A DNA stretch of 43,956 bases from contig JANRLD010000091.1 of NCBI GenBank assembly GCA_033762915.1, positions 1-43,956 of the forward strand, given 5' to 3'. The notes under the pieces were generated by a model. It made no database searches, was not told the origin of the DNA, and saw nothing but the letters and a program-made list of their open reading frames with translations. Below are positions 16,137 through 25,096 of this stretch, piece by piece (positions within the stretch are counted from its first letter, which is position 1; each line of letters begins with the position of its first letter). The stretch is from Meiothermus sp. Lineage in GTDB: Bacteria; Deinococcota; Deinococci; Deinococcales; Thermaceae. The translations under genes were made by a program, and so were the position numbers.

Positions 16137-17099
16137 ATGGAGCTAAAGGTGGGTGTGGTCGGCGTGGGGGTCATGGGGACCTACCACGCCCAAGTCTACG
16201 CGGGGCTGCCGGGGGTCAAGCTGGTAGGGGTGGCCGACCCCGACCCCTTCCGTCAGGCCGCCGTCGAGCAAGACCTCGAGGTGCCCGCCCACACCAACCT
16301 CGAAGATCTGCTGGGCAAGGTGCAGGCGGTGTCCATCGCCTCGCCCACCTCCTACCACTTCCGCCAGGCCGCGATGTGCCTCGAGGCCGGGGTTCACGTG
16401 TTGCTGGAGAAGCCGATGACCCGCACCATGCAGGAGGCGCGGGAGCTGGTGCGTCTGGCCGAGCGCCACGGGGTGGTGCTGCAGGTGGGGCACATCGTGC
16501 GCTTTTACCGGGCAGTGGGCGACCTGATGAACCTGGTCAACAAGCCCTGGGTGCTGGAGGCGCGGCGCATGGGCAACAACCGCCGCATCCGCGACATCGG
16601 GGTGGTGCTGGACCTGATGATCCACGACCTCGACCTGGTACTGCTGTTACTTAAGGAAAAACCCTCACGGTTCAGCGTGGTGGGGCGGCAGGTGGAGGGG
16701 CTCGACGAGTACGCCCAGGCTGTGGTGGACTTCCCCTCGGGCGCGAGGGCGCTCTTTACCGCCAGCCGGATGTCGCCCCAGACCGAGCGCTCCCTGACCA
16801 TCACCCAACCCGGCGAGATCGTGCGGCTGGATTTCAACTCCGAGTTTACCGAGCTCTCGCTGCACCGCGCCCCCCCCACCCAGCCCGACCCGGACAAGGT
16901 CGAGCCCAGCGGGCGCACCCAGGTGCAGGTCGAGCGCACCGCCATCCACAACGACAACCCCCTGCGCCGTCAGCTCAAGCATTTCGTGGATCGGATTCAG
17001 AAGGGCGAAGCCCCCCTGGTCACGCTCGAGGACGACCTGCAAGCCCTGGAACTGGCCCTGGAGTTGTCCGCCGCGTTACAGCCCGTCATGTCGCGCTAA
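16137..17099 (+). CDS. Gfo/Idh/MocA oxidoreductase, GnnA-like (possible UDP-GlcNAc 3-dehydrogenase)
   Basis: GVGVMG, EKPM, QVGH and DLMIHDLD motifs; adjacent to lpx genes. Confidence 0.85.
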   Translation: MELKVGVVGVGVMGTYHAQVYAGLPGVKLVGVADPDPFRQAAVEQDLEVPAHTNLEDLLGKVQAVSIASPTSYHFRQAAMCLEAGVHVLLEKPMTRTMQEARELVRLAERHGVVLQVGHIVRFYRAVGDLMNLVNKPWVLEARRMGNNRRIRDIGVVLDLMIHDLDLVLLLLKEKPSRFSVVGRQVEGLDEYAQAVVDFPSGARALFTASRMSPQTERSLTITQPGEIVRLDFNSEFTELSLHRAPPTQPDPDKVEPSGRTQVQVERTAIHNDNPLRRQLKHFVDRIQKGEAPLVTLEDDLQALELALELSAALQPVMSR

Positions 17100-17241
17100 A
17101 GCCTCGCGCTAGAGCGTCACACGAGCCTCGAGGGCTCCCTCAAACTGCTGCGGACTCGAGGTTGTCTCGTTAAGACGGCGGCTAATGCGGCGTTTATTTT
17201 CCGCATAGGGCGGGTTTTTGCCGTGCTAAAATGGCGGCAGG

Positions 17242-18762
17242 ATGATCATTAACGCTTTGGTTAACGCGAGGAATGCGCTGCTGGTGACGGCTTTCCTGCT
17301 GGGCTCGCTGGCCGCGACCCCGGCCCTGGCCCAGCAGGCCCCGGAGACCCAGCCGGCCCAGTCCGCCCCCGCCCGCGCCCTCGACGCCGAGACCCAGAGG
17401 GTGCTGGACCAGGCCCAGGCCGACCTCCAGGCGGGCAAGCTGCCCGAGGCCATCCGGGGCTTCGAGGCGGTGATCGCCAAGGACTTCACCAACTACAGCG
17501 CCCATTTCGGGCTGGGGCTGGCCCTCTACCGCCAGGGCGACGTGCGGGGCGCAGTCTTTGAATTCACCCAGCTTACCGCCATCGACCCCAAGCGCTTCGA
17601 GGGCTGGTTCAACCTGGGCGTGGCCCAGGATCGGGCCGGTCAACTGGGCGAGGCCGCCCAGGCCTTCGGCCGGGCCGTCGAGGCGGGCAAGGCTCTCGGA
17701 CTCAGCGTGGCCGAGCTGAAACCAGCCTACCTGGGTCAGGCCAGGGCACTGCGCGCCCAGAACCAGTACGACCCCGCCGCCACCGTGCTGCGCGCCGCCC
17801 TAACCGATCTGCCCGGCGACGCCGAGATCACCGCCTTGCTGGGCGACAGCCTGGTGCGGGCCAACAAGCCCCTCGAGGCCCTCCCAGTGCTGTACGAGGT
17901 GCTGGCGAGAGACCCCGCTAATGTGGACGCACTCTCCCAGGTGGCCGACATCTACGCAGCCCAGCAGCTCCCCCAGCGGGCCGTGCGCGAGCTGGACCGG
18001 GGCATTGAGTCCGCCACCGATCCCAAGGTTAAGGCCCAACTCTGGCTCAAGAAGTCCACCCTGCTGCAGGGCCGCGAGCAGCAAGGCGCACTGCAAGAGG
18101 CCCTCAAGCTCGACCCCAGCCTGTGGGCTGCGCACTACAACCTGGGCGTCAGCCGCCTGCGCGAGGGCAACATACGGGGCGCGCTCGAGGCCTTTCAGGA
18201 CGCCTTCGCCCAGAATCCCGACGAGCCCCGCGTAGCACTGGGGCTGGCCAACACCCACGACCGTCTGGGCAACAGCGCCGAGTCGGGCCGCTTCGCCGCC
18301 ATCGCGGCCAAGGGCTCGCAGGGCGGCGAACGCCTCGAGGCCCTCTTCCTCCAGGGCAAGTCGGCCTACAACCAGCGCCGCTTCCCTGAGGCCGTAGAGG
18401 CCCTGGCCACCGTCACCAAGGAACAGGCCGGCCGTGCCGACGCCTGGTTCTTCCTGGGCATCGCCCAGTTCAACCTCAAGAGCTTCGCCGACGCCGCCAG
18501 TTCGCTCGAGCGGGCCAGGGCCTTGCAGCCCACCAACGCTTCCACCGTGGCCAACCTGGGCGCGGCCCTCTACTCGGCCGGCCGCCTGCCCGACGCCGAG
18601 CGCGTCCTGACCGAGGCCACCACCCTCGACGCCCGCAACGCCGTGGCCTGGTACAACCTGGGCCTGGCCCTGCGCTCGCTGGGCAAACAGGCCGAGGCGA
18701 GACGGGCCCTCCAGCGCTCCGCCGACCTGGGCTACGCACCGGCCCGCGACCTGCTGCGCTGA
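17242..18762 (+). CDS. Exported tetratricopeptide repeat protein
   Basis: Signal peptide (ALA-QQ) and multiple TPR motifs (AHFGLG, WFNLG, AHYNLG, AWYNLG). Confidence 0.9.
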   Translation: MIINALVNARNALLVTAFLLGSLAATPALAQQAPETQPAQSAPARALDAETQRVLDQAQADLQAGKLPEAIRGFEAVIAKDFTNYSAHFGLGLALYRQGDVRGAVFEFTQLTAIDPKRFEGWFNLGVAQDRAGQLGEAAQAFGRAVEAGKALGLSVAELKPAYLGQARALRAQNQYDPAATVLRAALTDLPGDAEITALLGDSLVRANKPLEALPVLYEVLARDPANVDALSQVADIYAAQQLPQRAVRELDRGIESATDPKVKAQLWLKKSTLLQGREQQGALQEALKLDPSLWAAHYNLGVSRLREGNIRGALEAFQDAFAQNPDEPRVALGLANTHDRLGNSAESGRFAAIAAKGSQGGERLEALFLQGKSAYNQRRFPEAVEALATVTKEQAGRADAWFFLGIAQFNLKSFADAASSLERARALQPTNASTVANLGAALYSAGRLPDAERVLTEATTLDARNAVAWYNLGLALRSLGKQAEARRALQRSADLGYAPARDLLR

Positions 18763-18776
18763 AATTGAGGTGTACT

Positions 18777-18805
18777 CGAGCCGCTGCCTGTTCGGCAGCG
18801 GCTCG
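18777..18805. terminator. Stem-loop downstream of the TPR gene
   Basis: Perfect 12-bp inverted repeat CGAGCCGCTGCC/GGCAGCGGCTCG; no U tract. Confidence 0.5.
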
Positions 18806-18820
18806 CACCATTGGGTGCCT

Positions 18821-19150
18821 TATTGCGTTTCCCACCCTTACCTCCCTCGCGGTGGCAGGTAATCTACTCCCTATCGCGTTTCCCACCACTACTCTGCCCA
18901 CGGTGCGGCCCTAAAGCGTGCGCTAAAGCGGAGATTATGTTGGCGAAGTCGGGGTGCAAATCGAGAAGTCGTGTCTTCATCGGTATCTCAATCCTCGCTT
19001 TATCGCCCAGATTTGGAGTTCGCCAACAGAATCAGCGGAGTAGTGCACTCGGTACGGTAAAAACCGCCCTACCGAGTGTTCGTGGGAACCGCTCTACAGC
19101 AAAAACTGCCCGCTTTAGCGCCGTGGGGAGTATGCGTGGGAACCGCTCTA
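18821..19150 (+). mobile_element. IS630-type MITE family A with a second related MITE (18872-19096) nested inside
   Basis: Two left ends (TA-TTGCGTTTCCCACC and TA-TCGCGTTTCCCACC) and two right ends (GGGAACCGCTC-TA). Removing the inner unit restores the consensus TACTCCCTACAGCAAAAA. Confidence 0.8.
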
Positions 19151-19311
19151 CAGGTCAGCTTACGCCGCAGCTCTGCGGGTAGAAATCGCCATGGGTGACC
19201 ACGCCAAAGAGGTTTGGCTTCCGAGGTGTGGGGTTCGATGCCCGGCGGTTGCCGAAAGAAGCTTTATGTGAAAAAAGCGACAATTGCGCTTGAATAGGGT
19301 AAATTAACGGG

Positions 19312-20379
19312 ATGGGCTGGCTTAAATCCAATTGGCTCGACGCCTTGATTTTCCTGCTGGTGGCAGTGATCATGGCCGGCGTGGTGTTTTTCCTAACCGG
19401 GACGAACCCAATGGACGCCTTCAACGGGGGTGGTGGGGCTCAGAACCCCGCCGTCAGTACCCCCGCTTCCCAGCCGTCCAGCCCGACCCCCGCGACACCT
19501 ACACCCTCCCCAACCCCGCAAGGTCAAGGGCAGGCCGATGGCTCTGTCCCCACCCCACCGCCCGCGCAGGTGCAGGCCGGCACTACGGCTCCTGCACAGG
19601 AGCAAGCCGCCAAGCCCACCCCGGAACAGCCCAAGCCCTCGAGCCCCCCCGCTCAGACCGCCGCCCCCGCCGCAAGCCCCAAACCCAGCCAGGCCGAACC
19701 CGCCAACAACTCCACCGGCGAGGTCACGGTGGTTCCCCTACCGCTGGCCCCTCAGGCAGACGCCAACCCGGTTCCCGCACCTCCCAGGCTCGAGCCCCGA
19801 CCCGCTCCCAGCCAGCCGGCCCAGGCCGAGCGCCCCGCCCCCAGCCAGCCGGCCCAGACCGACCAGCCGGCCCAGGTGCGCCGCTCCGCTGACGCCGGGG
19901 GCGGATGGCGCATCGCGGTGGGCTCCTTCGGGCAGCGGGCCAACGCCGAGCGCCTGGCCACTACCCTGCGCGGCCAGGGCTACCCGGTTAGCCTGGCCGC
20001 CTCGGGATCCAACACCAGGGTCTGGGTCGGGCCGTACAGCAGTTCTGCCCGCGCCAGGGCGGTCGCCGCCACCCTCGGCGCCTACAGCCCCCAGGTGGCC
20101 CGCGTGGGCGCCCCGGCAGACGATGCTGTGGCCCCCAGTACCCCCGCCCAGGCCCCCGCGGCCAGTCCGGCCCCCCGCAGTGGCTACTTGCAGGCGGGCG
20201 CTTTCCGCAGCCGCGAACGCGCACAGGCGGTGGCCGATGAGGTGGCCGGGGCAGGGTTCGGCGTCAGCGTGGTCGAGGCAGGCAACGTCTTCCGGGTGCG
20301 GGTCGGGCCGGTGGACGACACTACGGCGGCCATCTCGGCTCTCCGGGACAGGGGAATCCAGGCGGTCGTGGCCCGCTGA
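19312..20379 (+). CDS. SPOR-domain cell division protein (TM anchor, Pro-rich linker, two SPOR domains)
   Basis: N-terminal TM; IAVGSF..RANA...RVWVGPY; YLQAGAF...FRVRVGP. Confidence 0.9.
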   Translation: MGWLKSNWLDALIFLLVAVIMAGVVFFLTGTNPMDAFNGGGGAQNPAVSTPASQPSSPTPATPTPSPTPQGQGQADGSVPTPPPAQVQAGTTAPAQEQAAKPTPEQPKPSSPPAQTAAPAASPKPSQAEPANNSTGEVTVVPLPLAPQADANPVPAPPRLEPRPAPSQPAQAERPAPSQPAQTDQPAQVRRSADAGGGWRIAVGSFGQRANAERLATTLRGQGYPVSLAASGSNTRVWVGPYSSSARARAVAATLGAYSPQVARVGAPADDAVAPSTPAQAPAASPAPRSGYLQAGAFRSRERAQAVADEVAGAGFGVSVVEAGNVFRVRVGPVDDTTAAISALRDRGIQAVVAR

Positions 20380-20453
20380 GGCAGGTTACCCGCCGGTTAC
20401 CCCCCAGGACATTACATTAAGAAACGTAACATTAAGGAGGCAGAGCGACCCCC

Positions 20454-21095
20454 ATGGCAAAGGTTCCTAACGCAGCGATCTCCCGTCTGGTCACCTACCT
20501 CCGCATTCTCGAGGATCTGGAGGCCCGTGGCGTCAGCCGCACCTCCTCCGAGCAGCTGGCCGAAGAGGCCCAGGTCACCGCCTTTCAGGTGCGTAAAGAC
20601 CTCTCCTACTTCGGCAGTTACGGCACCCGGGGCGTGGGATACACGGTGCAGATTTTGCGCCGTGAGCTGCGGCAAATTCTGGGCCTCAACCGCAAGTGGG
20701 GACTGGCCATCGTGGGGATGGGGCGGCTGGGCCAGGCCATCGCCGACTACCCCGGCCTGGGTGAGCTGTTCGAACTGCGCGGCCTCTTTGACCGCGACCC
20801 CTCCAAGTTCAGCATGAGTTTTCGCGGCATGTCGGTAGAGGGGATGGACGGCCTCCCCAGGGCGGTAGCCGAGCGGCGCATCGAGTTCGGCTTGCTGGCC
20901 GTCCCTGCTGATACGGCCCAAGTCGTTGCCAATCGTCTGGTAGAGTCAGGTATCAAGGGCATCCTGAACTTTGCCCCAGCTGTGCTTGAGGTTCCCAAGG
21001 AGGTGGCAGTAGAGAACGTGGACTTTCTAACCGGTCTCTCGAGGCTGTCCTTCTTCGTGCTGAACCCCAAGTGGAGAGAGGAGATGATTGGATGA
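20454..21095 (+). CDS. rex: Redox-sensing transcriptional repressor Rex
   Basis: KVP.AAISRL.TYLR, QVRKDLSYFGSYGTRGVGY, VGMGRLG and GILNFAP motifs. Confidence 0.97.
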   Translation: MAKVPNAAISRLVTYLRILEDLEARGVSRTSSEQLAEEAQVTAFQVRKDLSYFGSYGTRGVGYTVQILRRELRQILGLNRKWGLAIVGMGRLGQAIADYPGLGELFELRGLFDRDPSKFSMSFRGMSVEGMDGLPRAVAERRIEFGLLAVPADTAQVVANRLVESGIKGILNFAPAVLEVPKEVAVENVDFLTGLSRLSFFVLNPKWREEMIG

Positions 21096-21529
21096 AACTG
21101 ATCAAACTGGCGCTTGCGGCCCTGGCCCTGACCGCCTTAGCGGGTTGCAGCAACTTCGTCGCGGACTTCGGGGTTCCCACGGTGAACATCTCCCCCGGAT
21201 CTTCGTCGCTGCTGTACGCCCGCGACAACAACGGCAACCAGACCCTCACCGGACTGCAAGTCACGGCCGTAGTGCAGAGCCTCCCCGGAAGCCCCTCGGG
21301 CACCGTCGCTGGGCTCAACCTGCTGGGCGGGGGAACCCTGCCCGGATCGGCAATAGCCAGCTGCGCCCCCACTTCCAAGCCTGACGACTGCCCCAAAATC
21401 ACCCTCCAGGTAACCTACGGGCTGCCCATCCCCTCGCAGGGCTCGGTGGTGGTGACCGGCTACCAGGCTGTACCCCTCAACGCACAGCCCACCCGCACGG
21501 TTAACATCACCCCGATCACCTTGTATTAA
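21092..21529 (+). CDS. Lipoprotein of unknown function
   Basis: ATGA overlap with rex; lipobox LAGC. Confidence 0.8.
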   Translation: MKLIKLALAALALTALAGCSNFVADFGVPTVNISPGSSSLLYARDNNGNQTLTGLQVTAVVQSLPGSPSGTVAGLNLLGGGTLPGSAIASCAPTSKPDDCPKITLQVTYGLPIPSQGSVVVTGYQAVPLNAQPTRTVNITPITLY

Positions 21530-21545
21530 GTAATACCAACGCCGT

Positions 21546-21574
21546 AAACCCAGGCCCCGAGGTCTGGGTTTTTT
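21546..21574 (+). terminator. Rho-independent terminator
   Basis: AACCCAGGCC-CCGA-GGTCTGGGTT-TTTT. Confidence 0.8.
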
Positions 21575-21631
21575 GTGCGCTGAGCCGATTTGAACCAAGC
21601 TTCTGGGTCGCCTTTGCTACTATCGAAGTTG

Positions 21632-23812
21632 ATGACTAGCCTTATTCGCAGCGCCATGCCTCCCCTTCGTCTGCTCCTGCTGGCGGCCTTAACGGCGACC
21701 CTGTTCGCCTGCAATCAGGCTCCGGGCTTCAGGGTGGTGGTGCCCGGTTTCCAGTCCGTGGGCCAGCCCCAGAGTCAGGCGCTCAATTTGGTTCTCCCGC
21801 TGTCCTTGCAAAAGCAAGGGGGCTTTGATCAGCCGGTCAATCTCAGCCTCGAGAACGCCAGCTCGCTGCCGCCTGGCTTCACCGTGTCCTTCGACCCGGC
21901 CATCACCGACAGCTCCTCGAGGATTCGCATCACCATAGACACCAACGTACCCCCCAACACCTATACCTTACAGATTAGGGGCGTCGCTGGAGCCTTCAGC
22001 AGCACCGCCGAGCTGCCCGTGCGGGTCGCGGCCCCGCTCTATACTGCCAGCCTGAGCAACGACAACCTGACCATACAAAAGGCCGCAGAAGAGAGCACCA
22101 CGGTCAACGTGACGCGCAACCAGGGGTTCACCGGCCCCCTGGCCCTTTCGCTCGAACGCGAGGACGGGACCGCCATCCCCAAAGGTCTGAACGTCACCTT
22201 CCAGAACCAGACCCTCACCGGCACAGCCTCGAGCTCGGGCCTGAGCATCAAGGTGGGCGATGTCTCGATTGGCGACTACGCCCTGCGGGTCAAGGTCAGC
22301 TCGACCCAGGACGGTTCGGCCCAGTACGTACCCCTGAAGGTTAAAATCACCCCCGCCGCCAACCCCGACTTCAGGGTTGTTGTCCCAACCCCCACCCTCA
22401 CCTTCACCGACCTCAGGCCCCAGACCATCAACGTGGTGGTCGAGCGCACTGGGGGCTACAGCCAAGAGGTCCAGCTACGGGTGCTTTCCCGCGACGGGAC
22501 GGCCCTCCCTGCCGGGTTGCTGGCCACCTTCGACCCCACCGGCGTCACCGGAAGTGCCCAGAGCAGCGTGCTGACCATCACGCCGACGGCCGGGATTCGG
22601 CAGCAGATCTATGACCTGAAGATCGTAGGGACCGCCATTGACCGCCAGAAAGAGGCCGACATCAGCGTCAACGCCCAGGGCATCCCGCAGCAGTTTGTGG
22701 TTAGCCTGGGGGCCACCAAGACCCCGGAACTGACCGTACGCCAGGGCGGCTCTAACCAGGATCAGCCCATGCTGGTAGCGGTGTCCTCCATCGGTGGTCT
22801 GAGCGGTCCCGTAGACCTGCGGCTTCGCTCCGCCGACGGCTCGGTACTGCCGGTAGGCATCACTGCCGAGTTCACGCCCAACCCGGTGAGCGTCACCGCC
22901 AGCGGTACCCCGACCGGCGCGAGCATGATCATCCGGGCCTCGATCGCGGCCCAGGTCACCCTCGAGGGCTCGCTGCTGCGGGTCGAGGTCAGGCCCGCGG
23001 GCAGCCCCGAGACCACCGTCCCCTACACCACCGACTTGCGTCTGCGGGTGCGCACCGACCGCGACCCCGACTTCGAACTCCGGGCCTACCCCCAGGACAG
23101 CGCGGTGTACACCGACATCCTCGAGAACGAGTTCAGCTTCCCGGTCTTCGTGGTGCGCTACGGCGGCTTGTTCGACCCGCTGACCGTCGGACTTGATCTC
23201 TCCAGCGACCTCCAGAGCCCGCGCCTGAGTGTCAACCCGGCCCTGGCCAGCGACAGTCAGGTTGATGTGAGCTTCACCCCACGCCGGACCAAGCCCGAGT
23301 TCGTGGCCAGCACCTCCTACCCCATCACCATCACCATGAAAGCGGGCAGCGGTTCCAACGCCATCACCCGCAGCATCTCGCGCAGCGTCAGCGTGGTGGA
23401 CTTCAACATCGGCTTTGTCACCGCCTCGGAGATCAACGTCCAGCCCGGCGGGCTGGTGTCCGCCGAGGTCACCCGCACCGCCAACTTCAGATACCCCATC
23501 ACGCTGAGCCTGCAAGGGCGGCGCTCCGCCAGCCAGCCCTACCGGGACATCGCGACCAGCGGCGATGCGAACTTCCCGGAAATCGTCAGCTACAACTTCG
23601 GCCCCACCAGCGCCATCAACAGCAACATCTTGCCCGGCGAGTTAGACCCCCCGCCCATCCAGGGGCTGTTCATCCGCACTTCGGCCAGCGCGCCCAACAT
23701 CGAACTGGACTTGCGGGTCGTGGGCACCTCCAGACGCCCGGCGGCCGGGGTGGTTCCTGAGGGCCGCCCCCAGTCCCGCCCCCACAACTTCCTGCTTAGA
23801 ATCCGGCCCTAA
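21632..23812 (+). CDS. Large surface lipoprotein with tandem Ig-like beta-sandwich repeats
   Basis: Lipobox LFAC. About six repeats of roughly 110 aa (R.GG...PV.L.L...DG..LP.G....F.P). -10 TACTAT lies 8 bp before ATG 21632; alternative start at 21656. Confidence 0.8.
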   Translation: MTSLIRSAMPPLRLLLLAALTATLFACNQAPGFRVVVPGFQSVGQPQSQALNLVLPLSLQKQGGFDQPVNLSLENASSLPPGFTVSFDPAITDSSSRIRITIDTNVPPNTYTLQIRGVAGAFSSTAELPVRVAAPLYTASLSNDNLTIQKAAEESTTVNVTRNQGFTGPLALSLEREDGTAIPKGLNVTFQNQTLTGTASSSGLSIKVGDVSIGDYALRVKVSSTQDGSAQYVPLKVKITPAANPDFRVVVPTPTLTFTDLRPQTINVVVERTGGYSQEVQLRVLSRDGTALPAGLLATFDPTGVTGSAQSSVLTITPTAGIRQQIYDLKIVGTAIDRQKEADISVNAQGIPQQFVVSLGATKTPELTVRQGGSNQDQPMLVAVSSIGGLSGPVDLRLRSADGSVLPVGITAEFTPNPVSVTASGTPTGASMIIRASIAAQVTLEGSLLRVEVRPAGSPETTVPYTTDLRLRVRTDRDPDFELRAYPQDSAVYTDILENEFSFPVFVVRYGGLFDPLTVGLDLSSDLQSPRLSVNPALASDSQVDVSFTPRRTKPEFVASTSYPITITMKAGSGSNAITRSISRSVSVVDFNIGFVTASEINVQPGGLVSAEVTRTANFRYPITLSLQGRRSASQPYRDIATSGDANFPEIVSYNFGPTSAINSNILPGELDPPPIQGLFIRTSASAPNIELDLRVVGTSRRPAAGVVPEGRPQSRPHNFLLRIRP

Positions 23813-23825
23813 CAGCAGTACGTGT

Positions 23826-23857
23826 ACCCCGCACGCAAAGTCCCCGGCGTGCGGGGT
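23826..23857. terminator. Stem-loop between convergent genes
   Basis: 11-bp inverted repeat ACCCCGCACGC/GCGTGCGGGGT followed by CTTT. Confidence 0.55.
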
Positions 23858-23972
23858 CTTTACATCCGCTGTAGCGCCCGCTTTAGCGCGTCACTGCGGG
23901 AGGCATAAGGGCGGGAACTGCTCCAGGTTCATGACCCTCTCGAGGGTTTTTCCGACCTACTGCGGTACCACC

Positions 23973-24197
23973 TATTGCGTTTCCCACCATTAAGTATCTC
24001 CATAGTTGAATTGCAGCATCCGTACTCACAGATTGATCGGGCAATTGCGCCCACAAGCCGCTCGTTGATGGGGCTATGCTGAAGTCCTGCAATCTCACTA
24101 TGGCGCAACTTACCTCCCTCGCGGCGGCAGGCAATGTACTCCCTAGCAAAAACCGCCCGCTTTAGCGCCATAGGGAGTGTGTATGGGAACCGCTCTA
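23973..24197 (+). mobile_element. MITE family A with a family B MITE (23991-24112) inserted at a duplicated TA
   Basis: TA-TTGCGTTTCCCACCAT[TAAGTATCTCC...GGCGCAACTTA]CCTCCCTCGCGG...GGGAACCGCTC-TA. The terminal TA is part of the stop codon of the convergent kinase gene. Confidence 0.8.
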
Positions 24198-25073
24198 TTC
24201 CTTCAGCTGCTCCCATGCCCCCTCGAAACGTCGGCGGTTATCGGCGGTGTAGGCCGCGTAGTTGAAATCCAGGCTCGAGGTCTGCTCGCTGACCATGCTC
24301 CACATCGTCTCGCGCAGCAGCGAGGCGCACTTGAGCGCTCGGTAGCGGCGCAGCAGATCGGGGCCGGGGGCACGGCCGAAGTAGCAGGACAGCAGCTCGA
24401 GTTCCAACGCCTCGCCAAAGCCGCTGTTCGAGGCCAACCCGCCCAGGTCAAACAGTGGCGTGTTGAAGCCGCCGTAGTCCCAGTCAATCAGCCAGAGCCG
24501 CCGCCCGTCGTCGAGCAGGTTGGCGGCCAGGAGGTCGTTGTGGCCCCAGACCAGCCGGACTGCACCCGTAAGCTGCTCCAGCCGCGCCGCGCGCTCGAGC
24601 AACCCTGTCAACTCTGCAGCATACTGCGAGTCATGCTCGATCAGCCAGGCCCCGTAATTACGCAGCACATGGAAGACGTTGAAGGACAGCACCGGGCCGC
24701 GAAGGTGCTTGGGAACCTCGAGGTGACAGCGCCGCAGCAGTTCAACCAGTGCGCTCAGCCGCCCTGGCTCCCGCACCTGCTCGGGGGTCAGGGCCCGGGC
24801 CTCGAGATACTCGAGCACCATCAGCCCCTGCTCGGCATACACCACCCTGGGCGAAAGACCCGCCGCGTGGGCCACGTGGCTGGCGGCCAGCTCGTTGAAG
24901 CGCATGATCCCATGTACCGGGATGTCCTCGCCCAGCCGAACCACGTAGCGCCCGCGGGCGTCTTGAACCAATAGGTTGCGGTTGGTGATGCCGCCCTCAA
25001 GTTCGCCCACCTCGACCCGCCCCGACCAGCAGGGCAGGGCGGCGACCCGCGCCAGGAGGACTGCCTCGATCAT
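24195..25073 (-). CDS. Choline/ethanolamine kinase-like phosphotransferase
   Basis: GGITNRN, HNDLLAAN and LIDWDY motifs. Confidence 0.9.
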   Translation of the reverse strand: MIEAVLLARVAALPCWSGRVEVGELEGGITNRNLLVQDARGRYVVRLGEDIPVHGIMRFNELAASHVAHAAGLSPRVVYAEQGLMVLEYLEARALTPEQVREPGRLSALVELLRRCHLEVPKHLRGPVLSFNVFHVLRNYGAWLIEHDSQYAAELTGLLERAARLEQLTGAVRLVWGHNDLLAANLLDDGRRLWLIDWDYGGFNTPLFDLGGLASNSGFGEALELELLSCYFGRAPGPDLLRRYRALKCASLLRETMWSMVSEQTSSLDFNYAAYTADNRRRFEGAWEQLKE

Positions 25074-25096
25074 GCTTGAAGGTATTCTATCGGGAT
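25074..25096. promoter_or_regulatory. Putative bidirectional promoter with overlapping -10 boxes
   Basis: 23-bp gap between divergent ATGs; TATTCT on plus (25083-25088) and TAGAAT on minus (25084-25089). Confidence 0.55.

Noticed and set aside
18821..19150. Repeated GTGGGAACCGCTCTACAG / GCGTTTCCCACC units as a mini CRISPR array
   Set aside because: No regular repeat-spacer period and no cas genes; fully explained by nested MITE ends
19225..19255. GGGTTCGATGCCC as a tRNA T-arm or att remnant
   Set aside because: No acceptor stem, anticodon arm or match to the tRNA-Ala 3' end
19798..19875. 33-bp tandem repeat in the SPOR gene
   Set aside because: Encodes an ordinary Pro/Ala/Gln linker duplication (RPAPSQPAQ)
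20380..20453. Rex operator upstream of rex
   Set aside because: No TTGTGAA-N4-TTCACAA-like palindrome; only short direct repeats
19430..20470. Long Pro/Arg-rich alternate-frame ORF, and similar shadow ORFs such as 205-1062, 8313-9317, 13906-14814 and 22475-23515
   Set aside because: They overlap well-supported genes and are typical high-GC frame or antisense artefacts with no recognisable motifs
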